Shown here piece after piece: positions 1 to 8,955 of a stretch of 48,484 bases of DNA (positions are counted from its first letter, which is position 1; each line of letters begins with the position of its first letter). This stretch comes from a virus (lineage: Duplodnaviria; Caudoviricetes). The DNA is taken from the IMG/VR virus record IMGVR_UViG_3300025600_000008, positions 1 to 48,484 of that record. The stretch is one strand, 5' to 3'. The notes beneath the pieces were generated by a model, which worked only from the letters and a program-made list of their open reading frames with translations, did no database searches and was not told the DNA's origin. The position numbers were made by a program, and so were the translations under genes.

Positions 1-127
1 GAAATTCGGTATAATTTTTAGCGTTATCAATCATTACCCATCCATGCCAATTGGGCCAGAACTTACGGGAAATACCTCGAAAAGTTTCTAATCCTTTATC
101 ATCAGGATCGTTAACCCATCCCCCCTC
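1..127. repeat. Terminal direct repeat, copy 1 (circular assembly overlap)
   Basis: 1-127 is identical to 48358-48484; the endolysin frame reads through the junction; 127 is a common assembler k-mer size. Confidence 0.95.
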
Positions 128-169
128 GTGTATCATCATTAAGTCAAAAACCTCTTTAAATTCTGCCAT
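1..169 (-). CDS. Endolysin, glycoside hydrolase family 108, N-terminal part (continues at 48357..47987; 179 aa in total)
   Basis: ATG at 169 gives MAEFKEVFDLMMIHEGGWVNDPDDKGLETFRGIS, the GH108 EGG-x-VNDPxDxG-x-ET motif; 169+371=540 nt, in frame across the junction. Confidence 0.92.
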   Translation of the reverse strand, partial: MAEFKEVFDLMMIHEGGWVNDPDDKGLETFRGISRKFWPNWHGWVMIDNAKNYTEF

Positions 170-213
170 AAGATAATTCCTCCATTGTTTTAGTTTTTAA
201 GTGTGCCTTTGAG

Positions 214-657
214 TTACGGTGTTTTTTCTATTATCCCCATAACTATCGCAGTAATGGCGATGATTATCCCAATTATCCCAGTAATAACACCTCCTATATT
301 TCGAATGCCTTCATCTTTCCCGTTGTTTGAACTTTTGTAGTCACTTAAATTTTTAAGGTCTTGAGAAATCCGGTCAAGATTCTTATTATATGTTTCGGCG
401 AAGTTGTCGAATCGTTTTTCTGCTGCTGTTTCTGCTTTCTGTACCGCCTTTTCCGCCGCCGCCAACGCTGCATTTACCGCCTTTTCCTGTGCGTCCAGTG
501 CCGATTTGACAGCTTCCTTTGCCTCTGTGGAGTTCTTGTTGATCAGTTTCTCAAGTGATTCGTACCGATCTTCAAAACGCTTATCGCTTGATATAATCAT
601 ATTTGTGAAGAATTCCTTCAATGAAACTTGCGCCTCTAAAAACCCATTTTCATCCAT
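214..657 (-). CDS. Coiled-coil protein with C-terminal TM helix, lysis-cassette associated (holin-like)
   Basis: Ala-rich coiled coil plus hydrophobic C-terminus; directly upstream of the endolysin. Confidence 0.55.
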   Translation of the reverse strand: MDENGFLEAQVSLKEFFTNMIISSDKRFEDRYESLEKLINKNSTEAKEAVKSALDAQEKAVNAALAAAEKAVQKAETAAEKRFDNFAETYNKNLDRISQDLKNLSDYKSSNNGKDEGIRNIGGVITGIIGIIIAITAIVMGIIEKTP

Positions 658-1140
658 TGCTCTGATTTTAGATTACAAAATTTACTCATTTAAGGTAGTT
701 TAACATGTTAATTCTTGCACGCGTAAATATATGTATATTTATTCAATTAAAACGTAAGTTAATTCAAATATTTTCAGTATTGATTTAAAACAGTTTTGAC
801 TTCTTAAATATTTAATGATTGTTATTCTGCTTTAGGAGTGAGTTTAGATTCTTGTAATTAGTGATTTCCTTAACAACTCTTTCAAATTGTTTCAGAATTA
901 CAAGAATTAAAAATGTTCTGCTTCGCGAGCCGAGCCTTTCAACTTGTAGAATGTAGCACAACGTACATTCATTTGAGGTCAACTTTCAACTCTATTGTGA
1001 GCCGTTATACTTACGCTTCACCTCTTAAATTCCCGCGCGTCACTTTGTATAAATCCCTTGGTAGTGACAATTACGATAAACGCCAATGTTATATTTATCC
1101 GTCCGATTACCGTGAATATCGAACTGTAAACTGCCTAATG

Positions 1141-1242
1141 AAAAAACCCTCTCACAAAGTTCACGGCTTCGTTTTGAGGGCTTGTTTAGACTTTTTACGG
1201 TCTAATATTTTATCCGTCACCGTGAATGACACGGCAAATATA
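1141..1242 (-). ncRNA. Candidate structured RNA or attenuator: TATATTTG promoter, three hairpins, loop-loop complementarity, U6 tail
   Basis: Promoter 1235-1242; 5' loop UUCACGG is complementary to CCGUGAA inside the CCCUC/GAGGG hairpin followed by UUUUUU. Confidence 0.5.
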
Positions 1243-1254
1243 ATCAATTTTCAA

Positions 1255-1644
1255 TCAATTCAAACGATTATTAAATGTTTGTTTTAGTTTTTTTTCAAAG
1301 CACCCATATCGGAAATAAAGCGATGCGGATACAAGAATGGTAGAGCAACAAAGTAGGATTAAGCCCCGGACATAAAATATAAACCCGATTTGATGAATAT
1401 TTTTATCGAAAAGTACGATTAATGAAATAACGGCCAAATTGATTATGAAAAGCCTATGCCAGAAACAAAACTTAAAATCTAACGAAAAGATGTACCAACA
1501 GCACGAAGTAAAAAAACATATCCCGAATAACGGAGATAAAATGCTGTAAATATTTACGCTAAACAATATCAAAACAAGGCCAATCATTACCATGAACGTA
1601 GTAATGATTGGCCACCATTTTATAATTTGTATTGACCTTCTCAC
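1255..1644 (-). CDS. Four-TM membrane protein
   Basis: Four hydrophobic segments; GTG start overlaps the upstream TGA (GTGA). Confidence 0.75.
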   Translation of the reverse strand: MRRSIQIIKWWPIITTFMVMIGLVLILFSVNIYSILSPLFGICFFTSCCWYIFSLDFKFCFWHRLFIINLAVISLIVLFDKNIHQIGFIFYVRGLILLCCSTILVSASLYFRYGCFEKKLKQTFNNRLN

Positions 1645-1796
1645 GGCGCTATTGGTCCGGTTGGATCAGGATTTGGCGGATCTCCTGCTATTTTTACCCC
1701 CGTAACCAATCCATTTTTATTACTCTCGACTTTTAAGGCGTCCTTTAGAATTGCAAGGACAAAGGGTTTAAGAAATTTGATAATCAGTTTTTTCAT
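1641..1796 (-). CDS. 51-aa peptide with Pro-rich C-terminus (not in ORF track)
   Basis: MKKLIIKFLKPFVLAILKDALKVESNKNGLVTGVKIAGDPPNPDPTGPIAP; A-rich leader; stop coupled to the next start. Confidence 0.7.
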   Translation of the reverse strand: MKKLIIKFLKPFVLAILKDALKVESNKNGLVTGVKIAGDPPNPDPTGPIAP

Positions 1797-1860
1797 GTTG
1801 TTAAATATTGGTGAATTGTTTTTATTTTAAAATGCGTGAATAGTTGCTATATGTGAACCT

Positions 1861-4062
1861 TTACGATATTGGAATATTATCGGGATTGTAAGCTTTATTA
1901 TATGTAAGTCCATTACTTATTAATCCAATAATATTTGCAGTCCCATCATGGTTCCATCTCTCAAATACATCTGAATTAACTATTGTTATTCCAGAAAGAT
2001 CGAGTCCTTTTATGTCAGCATTGTCACGAACTCCAACAATGGCATAGTGACCACCATTTGCATCGTAATTACTGATCACGTAAGAGCTGTCTTTAAAACT
2101 ATAATTGTTTGCATCCATTGTTCCGCCAACCACTTCATGCAGGTAGTGATTTGAACTTAAATTGGTAATATTAAAGACTCCTGAAAATCTGATATTTTTT
2201 GACATTTGCATTTTCGACATGAAATATCCAAGATTCAGCGTTGCGTTAATATTCGTAATTGATATATTTTCACATTGTCCACCCTCTACAAAGTCATAGT
2301 ATGAATGACCAACCATGAAAATTACACCGTTGTATTGCGCTGTATTTTTTACTGTTACGCCATTGATATTTACATTTTTACACGGATAGGTGTATGAGCC
2401 TCCTGCTGGTGACCTTGTTCTAACCATCAACATGGCTGAATCATTTGCCGATGTGCATTCACACATTGTCAGATTGTTGATATTTATATTATTTGGCTGA
2501 ATCCACGGGCTGAATGATGGATTACTTCCTGCAATATGTAACGCTCCGTATGATTTTCCATACATATAAATATCATTAACGGTAACATTTTCAACTCCTG
2601 CAACATACAATAAATGATCTTGTCTCGAATTTCCCAATCTGACATTTTTGACATTCCACCCACTGCCGGGTAATAAACAACTTCTAATCCATCCGCGAGA
2701 ATAAATATTCTCAACGCTTAAATTAATGGCAACCTGAACAGATGTTGGAGTTGTAAGATTGTCATATGTCTCATAACCTAATCCATATGATTGTGCTGTT
2801 TGGCTTGCTGTTAAATTATTTAATTCATTTCCATCTAATTCAAAGCCTTTAATGTAGGTGTAGTTATGGTTGCCGGGTTCTGGAACTATCCCCCCCACAT
2901 ATTCAAGCGTTGTTAAATTTGGAAGCATCTTAATTACTGCATTACAACCTTTCCAATTGTGATTTAGTTTCTTTGATAAAAACCCCTTCACATTTACAGT
3001 TCTGTAAAAATTAACCTTAGTTGACAGGGGAAGCGTTGCTAAATACGTATTAACAGCAATTGCATCATCCGTTCCGGTCAATACGAGATTACTGGCAGTC
3101 TTGATTGACGGTGGAGCGTCACTCCCTGCAATATTTACAATTCCTTCACCCATATTAGCATCAGCTAAAAAAAAAAGACTGCTCAGATGTGTGTTTATAT
3201 CTGTTTCAATTTCGGCACGTTTGACGCTTTGATTTGAAGGATAAACAATAACTTCATTCATCCCCCCATTGAACCATCCTGCTATTCCCGTTCTCCTTAA
3301 ATAGCCTAAACTAAATGTGTTTAATGTAATCGCTCCTGTATCCAAGCTGCCATTCGTGAGTGACTGAGCTTTATCAACAAAAGCATTACAAACAGTGCCT
3401 GAATCCACGATACTTAAAAGGTGTGATTTTAGATTATTTATCAAAAAAGAGGATATTACTGATACTGAATTTACATCTCTTTTCGTAATGACTGCATTAT
3501 TAAGAGTTACAGTAGCTGTTGCAATACTGTAAAAAGGTGCTGCGCTACCGGAATTACCCATCGTAATCATGCTTTCTGTTCCGGCATTAGCCCCGTTATA
3601 CATTGCAGAAAATACACTTATAGGTTTATCCTCTCCCGAAAAATATCCGGCAATAGAATCTGCCTGCAATCCCTGAGAAGTTCCATTAAAATCAATAACC
3701 CGCAAGCCATCCCTGACAATAAATTCAGAAGCGGTTATTATTGCCGGTTGATTTGCTAAAACTGTCTGCGTTGCGTGATTATTTAATCCGCTTTGATCAT
3801 ACCAACAACTTACAAAACCATTTCCTACACCAACAAATAACAATGCTGCAAAATCGTCAAGTACACCGTTTTTAAAGCCAATATTCTGCTCTGTATTATC
3901 TGTTGACCTGCGGATTTTCATACAATAACCGGAATAACGGGAATTGAGTTTTCGAAATGAAAACATCCCAACTGCTCCCGGATATTTCTGAGAAAACAGG
4001 TTCAACAATGCCCCTTGCCGAACCATCGTTCGAACACCTGGAAGTCCTGGTATACCTGGCAT
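1861..4062 (-). CDS. Tail fibre/spike: N-terminal ConA/LamG-like lectin domain plus C-terminal right-handed beta-helix (putative depolymerase)
   Basis: Start moved to MPGIPG (TAATG overlap at 4062); IRRSTDN..IGF, WYDQSG.NHATQ and F.G.M.EVIVY motifs; N/I/V-rich beta-helix-like repeats in the C-terminal half. Confidence 0.75.
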   Translation of the reverse strand: MPGIPGLPGVRTMVRQGALLNLFSQKYPGAVGMFSFRKLNSRYSGYCMKIRRSTDNTEQNIGFKNGVLDDFAALLFVGVGNGFVSCWYDQSGLNNHATQTVLANQPAIITASEFIVRDGLRVIDFNGTSQGLQADSIAGYFSGEDKPISVFSAMYNGANAGTESMITMGNSGSAAPFYSIATATVTLNNAVITKRDVNSVSVISSFLINNLKSHLLSIVDSGTVCNAFVDKAQSLTNGSLDTGAITLNTFSLGYLRRTGIAGWFNGGMNEVIVYPSNQSVKRAEIETDINTHLSSLFFLADANMGEGIVNIAGSDAPPSIKTASNLVLTGTDDAIAVNTYLATLPLSTKVNFYRTVNVKGFLSKKLNHNWKGCNAVIKMLPNLTTLEYVGGIVPEPGNHNYTYIKGFELDGNELNNLTASQTAQSYGLGYETYDNLTTPTSVQVAINLSVENIYSRGWIRSCLLPGSGWNVKNVRLGNSRQDHLLYVAGVENVTVNDIYMYGKSYGALHIAGSNPSFSPWIQPNNININNLTMCECTSANDSAMLMVRTRSPAGGSYTYPCKNVNINGVTVKNTAQYNGVIFMVGHSYYDFVEGGQCENISITNINATLNLGYFMSKMQMSKNIRFSGVFNITNLSSNHYLHEVVGGTMDANNYSFKDSSYVISNYDANGGHYAIVGVRDNADIKGLDLSGITIVNSDVFERWNHDGTANIIGLISNGLTYNKAYNPDNIPIS

Positions 4063-4349
4063 TATAGTGGTTTTAACCAAGCGTGCAATTCTCCTGCTGA
4101 TAATGTAATGGCAGTTATTTTTGCTGTAAATGGATGGCAAACCGGAGCCGGAAGTACCTTATTAAAATACGAATCGGAAGTATTCGCAACTGTACTTACC
4201 TCCATTGCGGTCATTGTTGCATCTGATATTACGTCAGCATATGCAAAATAAAACCCAGCAGGAGCTGTAACTTTTGAGGTTCCTTTAATTGGATAATCGC
4301 CCCACTTACCACTAGTCATGCTTAAAATAGATTCAGTCATGTCGCTCAT
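4062..4349 (-). CDS. Small virion-associated hypothetical protein
   Basis: ORF coupled to the tail spike gene; TAACTTTG promoter at 4367-4374. Confidence 0.65.
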   Translation of the reverse strand: MSDMTESILSMTSGKWGDYPIKGTSKVTAPAGFYFAYADVISDATMTAMEVSTVANTSDSYFNKVLPAPVCHPFTAKITAITLSAGELHAWLKPL

Positions 4350-4391
4350 GATATTGTTTTTTATTTCAAAGTTAATAAATATTTCAATATT

Positions 4392-5762
4392 TTATAAATT
4401 ACTCGAATTATTTTCATAAACACATTGTGCAGGCGTTTCTAAGGCACTCCATTCTGTGTTATCTTCGACTAAAGGAATTGGTGTACCATCATTAAATTTC
4501 GTGCATTTCCAATTCTTGGCTACCCATACCTGATCGCCGATTTTAACAAGAGGATATACATTTCCGTCAAAATCTGTTACGGTGTCTCCGGGGGTAAAAG
4601 TTGAGTCGTTTTTTAGAAGGCGAAGAGATGCGCCGTCCCCGTGGTATATCAACGCCTCCGAAGCATTTTCTGTAAAATTAGTTATATATATATAAAAAGA
4701 TTGCGTTGGATCATCATCGGAAATAGTTGACGATCTCATCGCGCACGACCCTTTAAGATACACGAAATTAAAATCATCGTCAATTGACCTTTGCCCAGCA
4801 CCAAATAAATTAAATTCTGATTCGTTTGTTGCTCCCGTATTTGGAGCATTCCAATGCGTGAATTCCGTTTCTTTTAATTTACCTCCCGCAATATCATTAC
4901 CGCCACAATAATCAATTAATTCCTGCCATTCCATCTCACTTGGCACACGAAATCCCACCGGAGCGATACTTGCCGTTTCAAATGCGTTTGCTTCGTCGTT
5001 GTTATAAGCACACATAGCACCTGTTGTAAGAGCAGCCCAAGCGGTATTATCTGTTACTTTTGGGATTAAATCGCCATTGCGGTATTTGGTTTCTGCCAAA
5101 TTTTCAGCCGTGTACCATATCCCATTTATTAAAACGCATTTATATCTTCGAAGGTCATTGCCTACGTAAATCGCTGAATTGCCAGATATTTCGATAGGCG
5201 AATCAACAATAAATCTAATACTTACCCCATACAATACGTCGTGAACTCCGATTTGTGCTCCCGCATCATCATAAGACATACTTATATAATAACATAGATT
5301 ACTTTCATATAATGTCGAAGTCACAAATTCGCAAAAATTTAATTCGTCTTCAAATGACCCATATTGAGGCCTGACCCCTGATCCAATCGCAGTAAATCCA
5401 TATTCATTAATGCCTTCGATAGAATACTCGTCATTTGTCCAGTGTGCAAACCCGGATTCTTTTAATTTCGTTCCAGCGTTTGGCCAATAAGTACCATTGT
5501 ATGTATCAATACTATTTAATAATGCGGTCCACTCCTCGTTTGTAGGCAGATGTGCATTACTTGCAGCGATATTTCTACTATCAATAACGGCAGGGTAGTT
5601 ATACAAATACCCATACCTAACCCTTGTTTGCGGTTGAGTGCAGAACCAATTATATAGTCGACCGTAACCACTAATTATTGCATCTGCAACGTAAAGCAAT
5701 CTTCTTGTACCACCACTAAGCCTTGTTAATGCATTACCTGATACGCCTCTTAATATTTTCAT
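4392..5762 (-). CDS. Fib_succ_major (FISUMP) double-domain protein, probable adhesin or receptor-binding protein
   Basis: YGxLYNW, P.G.RVPS..EW, AGGKLKE..HW..PNTGATN, DGNVY..VKIGDQVW motifs, each present twice; start probably MKILRG at 5762. Confidence 0.85.
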   Translation of the reverse strand: MKILRGVSGNALTRLSGGTRRLLYVADAIISGYGRLYNWFCTQPQTRVRYGYLYNYPAVIDSRNIAASNAHLPTNEEWTALLNSIDTYNGTYWPNAGTKLKESGFAHWTNDEYSIEGINEYGFTAIGSGVRPQYGSFEDELNFCEFVTSTLYESNLCYYISMSYDDAGAQIGVHDVLYGVSIRFIVDSPIEISGNSAIYVGNDLRRYKCVLINGIWYTAENLAETKYRNGDLIPKVTDNTAWAALTTGAMCAYNNDEANAFETASIAPVGFRVPSEMEWQELIDYCGGNDIAGGKLKETEFTHWNAPNTGATNESEFNLFGAGQRSIDDDFNFVYLKGSCAMRSSTISDDDPTQSFYIYITNFTENASEALIYHGDGASLRLLKNDSTFTPGDTVTDFDGNVYPLVKIGDQVWVAKNWKCTKFNDGTPIPLVEDNTEWSALETPAQCVYENNSSNL

Positions 5763-5764
5763 AA

Positions 5765-6799
5765 TTATGGCACTATGATCCAATCAAATGATACAACCCC
5801 GGTTATTCCGGTTAAATATGTAACTGTAAATTGCGTTGTTGATTTACTTGTCACATAAAAAACAGCGGCAGATAACATAGATGTCGGAGTTACACAAACT
5901 TTATATGTAGTATTTGCCATTGTTTGTCCAATAGTCACGACAAAGGTAGTAACCGCAGTAACTGTTTGAGAAAATGATCCTGCAATAGGAAGAGAAGTGT
6001 GTGTGTGATCTCCATAGGCGGCCAAAGAATGAGTGGTCCCAAATCCAGGAAAAGCCGATAACAGAATAAATTCAAGTCCCGTTCCATCCGTTTTAACTCT
6101 AACTATGTATCCTTCACTTCCAGTATACAACTGAGGTACATCAGCAAGAGATACAAAATTTGCCTCTTCGGTTACTATTAACTCAAGTGCGTCCTCAGTC
6201 ACATTAACTATAGGGACATTCGACGCCTTACCTATGTAATCATTATCTGTTACATCCAAAAGACCTATGAATGTGTCGCTGCCACTTTCAGTTGTGAATT
6301 CAATTCCATCTTCAGTAGCATTTACTCTTAATAATTTTAAAGCCTGGTCTACATAAGATACTGGACAGTCCGAAAGCTCAATAAGATTTCGGCGTATATC
6401 ATCCCATAGCACCGGAATATCATATTTATGAGCATTTGCCAAAGCTAAAGGATGTAATCCTTGAAAGTTTTCAGGTGATAAATAAAGAGATTCTCCATCA
6501 ATGACAGGCTCAACTATTCGCGCTTCCTTCCCGGATGTAGGGCAAAGGCCAATTCTAAAAATATCAATAACATCAATCGTATTTGTTCCTATTGCAGTTA
6601 TTGGATAGGGATTACCTATATAACTAATGCAACAAAAACCAATTTCAAATTGACCGGAACCCGGGCTATTTGAATCAATTGATTTGATCGTAGCCCGATA
6701 GGTAGCCGGATTATCAACCGTTTCTTTAGTGAGTTGAAAAACGTTGTTTAAAATCGTTTTCCACGCTACTTTAGGATTATATATTGTTGCATCTGTCAT
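5765..6799 (-). CDS. Tail fibre-like structural protein
   Basis: Three F..L.D.P..Y.G....V.V....GLEF repeats, GDHTH motif, beta-rich C-terminus; tail context. Confidence 0.7.
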   Translation of the reverse strand: MTDATIYNPKVAWKTILNNVFQLTKETVDNPATYRATIKSIDSNSPGSGQFEIGFCCISYIGNPYPITAIGTNTIDVIDIFRIGLCPTSGKEARIVEPVIDGESLYLSPENFQGLHPLALANAHKYDIPVLWDDIRRNLIELSDCPVSYVDQALKLLRVNATEDGIEFTTESGSDTFIGLLDVTDNDYIGKASNVPIVNVTEDALELIVTEEANFVSLADVPQLYTGSEGYIVRVKTDGTGLEFILLSAFPGFGTTHSLAAYGDHTHTSLPIAGSFSQTVTAVTTFVVTIGQTMANTTYKVCVTPTSMLSAAVFYVTSKSTTQFTVTYLTGITGVVSFDWIIVP

Positions 6800-7473
6800 T
6801 ATTCAAATAGTAAAGATATTCGTATTGCCAATAAAGTTGGCGCCAAACCTTCAATAATTATAGTTGATCCCGTCAAAGTCAATCCGGTATATGCCTGACT
6901 GAAATTAGGTAATGACCTTTCAGTTGTGCCGTCAATTTCCCAAATGTTTACAGTTGACAATTTACGACCTGTCAAATTATGGACTATTGATAAATTTGTC
7001 CCGTCAGATGCCGTTAATATCCAATCAGTAGGATAGTTCGTTGTTTCGACTGCATTTGTTACACGATCAGAAACTGAACTATAAGCTCCGAAAGTTATCG
7101 GGAATACATTTTTATTGACCGTTGGAGTTACCCCAATTGAATCCGCTAAAGTATTAAGCGCGCTCATTACTTCGGCTAATGCATCTTCAACATTTTCGGC
7201 ATCGTATAATTCTCCTGCGTCTGCAAACGATACACCCGCCGCATTTTGAATAGATGATATTGTGACCGCTTCGAGTGTTGTTAAATCAGCTAAAAACCAA
7301 CTTAATGTACCGTTTACATTTATCAGCTTAAACGGACTTCGTGAACCCGATGGAATACCGGCTAAAGCCGCGGCATTGTCTGCCCATGCAACACCGTCAT
7401 TTAAGTACCATTCGTCTAACGGCCTTTGGCTTTTCATCAAAAACCCGATTACTTTTTCTGTTCCTGTTGCCAT
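6799..7473 (-). CDS. Tail/structural protein
   Basis: A.NVEDALAE motif common in phage tail proteins; position in tail module. Confidence 0.65.
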   Translation of the reverse strand: MATGTEKVIGFLMKSQRPLDEWYLNDGVAWADNAAALAGIPSGSRSPFKLINVNGTLSWFLADLTTLEAVTISSIQNAAGVSFADAGELYDAENVEDALAEVMSALNTLADSIGVTPTVNKNVFPITFGAYSSVSDRVTNAVETTNYPTDWILTASDGTNLSIVHNLTGRKLSTVNIWEIDGTTERSLPNFSQAYTGLTLTGSTIIIEGLAPTLLAIRISLLFE

Positions 7474-7476
7474 ATC

Positions 7477-8955
7477 TTAAGCTGTTGTAATTGTTATTTC
7501 ATTTGAATAATCACTTGTTAAAGTAGTATTATATGCCTTAACTAAATAGATATAATCGACCGCAGAATCCAAATCAGTAACGTTAAATTCAAGTACATTA
7601 CCTACATCTTTATTGTTGTATTCTGATGATATAGCCGTTCTGCTATCTGCATAAAGAACAGTTAAATAGTATCCGGTTGCACTAAAAACAGTTGTCCATC
7701 TTGCGGTAAATGAGTATGCAGTCACGTAACTTGCCGACAATGCAATGGGAGGATTAAGTATCGGAATAATTACCGATCCTGTGAATTTATAATTGATATT
7801 AAACCCTGTTACGGATGTTGGCAGTTTTAGTGTATAAACACGATATGACATTGATACGCCACCGGTAGTAAAGTTTATTAAGGCGACATTAAACCCGCTT
7901 ATGATCTCGTCCCCTACGTTGTCGATGATGCTTGCCAAATATCCATAAGAGGCCGGAAAAGCATAACAGGGATGCGAATTTGTAATAGTGTAATTCTTTA
8001 GCTGATTAGCTTTTAATGCAGTTACCGAAGTCATTATCTTTATTTCTGATTCGGTCGGAGTTGCCGATGAAACAGAACCGATATACATGAGTGTTCCTGC
8101 AATGGGTGGAGTAATAATTGATTCGGTTATACCTAAATTATCGACATTTATGCCTATTGCGTTTTTCTGAATAAGTTTTAACGACACCTGATAAAGTGTA
8201 CTTCCACCGAATGCGCTCGCTTCAATTTCGCCTTTCTTAATGTATTGAATATCATTAACCATAAACACATCGAGACTGCTGATCATTCCTAATTTAGCGG
8301 CCATAAAGTCGGGTATTCCAGACGTTTTAAGAACACGTCCGGCGTAGTATGCTGATGATAAAATAGTCATACTTTGCGAACCTTCTAATACTTCGTTTTC
8401 GTCTGTATCGTTTAGTTCAAAGTCCTGAGCATTAATATACATATCCAAAAAATTACCGTCATTATCAAGTATTGACCAGTCGATAAACCTATCATCTAAA
8501 TCGGACTCTATTCGGTCTAAATTGGTGTATTTTATGTATTTAATTACACCATTGTCAATTAAGTCATTTAGATCAAGTATGTGTATCGGTTCACTTGTTA
8601 GTTCGTTTGCACCCTGAACGGCCTTAAACCAAACTTTTTTATCGTAGTATGCAGAATCTAAAACTACTGTAAAATTGGTATAATATCTCACATTTGTAGT
8701 TCCGTAAGTACTTGCATAACTACTTGTAACCGATTCAATTTGAACCAACCCAACATATGAAGTCAGTGTAATGTCTGCCGGATCATCTGAAATAAATTGA
8801 ACGAATACGGTATGATCTTTCTGAAACTTTTGAAAATATGGAATCAGTTTGTTTGCTCCCTGTATTCTACTATTATGTAGCGTATTCCATGTATTCGGAA
8901 ATGTTCCGGTAAGGTTTTTGAAAGTAATACTATTGAGTACTGAGCTTGCTATCAT
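7477..8955 (-). CDS. Tail protein with C-terminal fibronectin type III domain
   Basis: PPIALSAS..TA.SFTARW...ATGYYL...DL...Y.Y.VKAYN....S.YSN FN3 signature. Confidence 0.75.
   Translation of the reverse strand: MIASSVLNSITFKNLTGTFPNTWNTLHNSRIQGANKLIPYFQKFQKDHTVFVQFISDDPADITLTSYVGLVQIESVTSSYASTYGTTNVRYYTNFTVVLDSAYYDKKVWFKAVQGANELTSEPIHILDLNDLIDNGVIKYIKYTNLDRIESDLDDRFIDWSILDNDGNFLDMYINAQDFELNDTDENEVLEGSQSMTILSSAYYAGRVLKTSGIPDFMAAKLGMISSLDVFMVNDIQYIKKGEIEASAFGGSTLYQVSLKLIQKNAIGINVDNLGITESIITPPIAGTLMYIGSVSSATPTESEIKIMTSVTALKANQLKNYTITNSHPCYAFPASYGYLASIIDNVGDEIISGFNVALINFTTGGVSMSYRVYTLKLPTSVTGFNINYKFTGSVIIPILNPPIALSASYVTAYSFTARWTTVFSATGYYLTVLYADSRTAISSEYNNKDVGNVLEFNVTDLDSAVDYIYLVKAYNTTLTSDYSNEITITTA

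Noticed and set aside
913-1287. Plus-strand 124-aa ORF
   Set aside because: Opposite to all other genes, atypical composition, overlaps structured non-coding elements
4392-5762. Diversity-generating retroelement targeting the Fib_succ_major gene
   Set aside because: No reverse transcriptase ORF and no near-identical template repeat noticed; the two domain copies are too divergent for TR/VR
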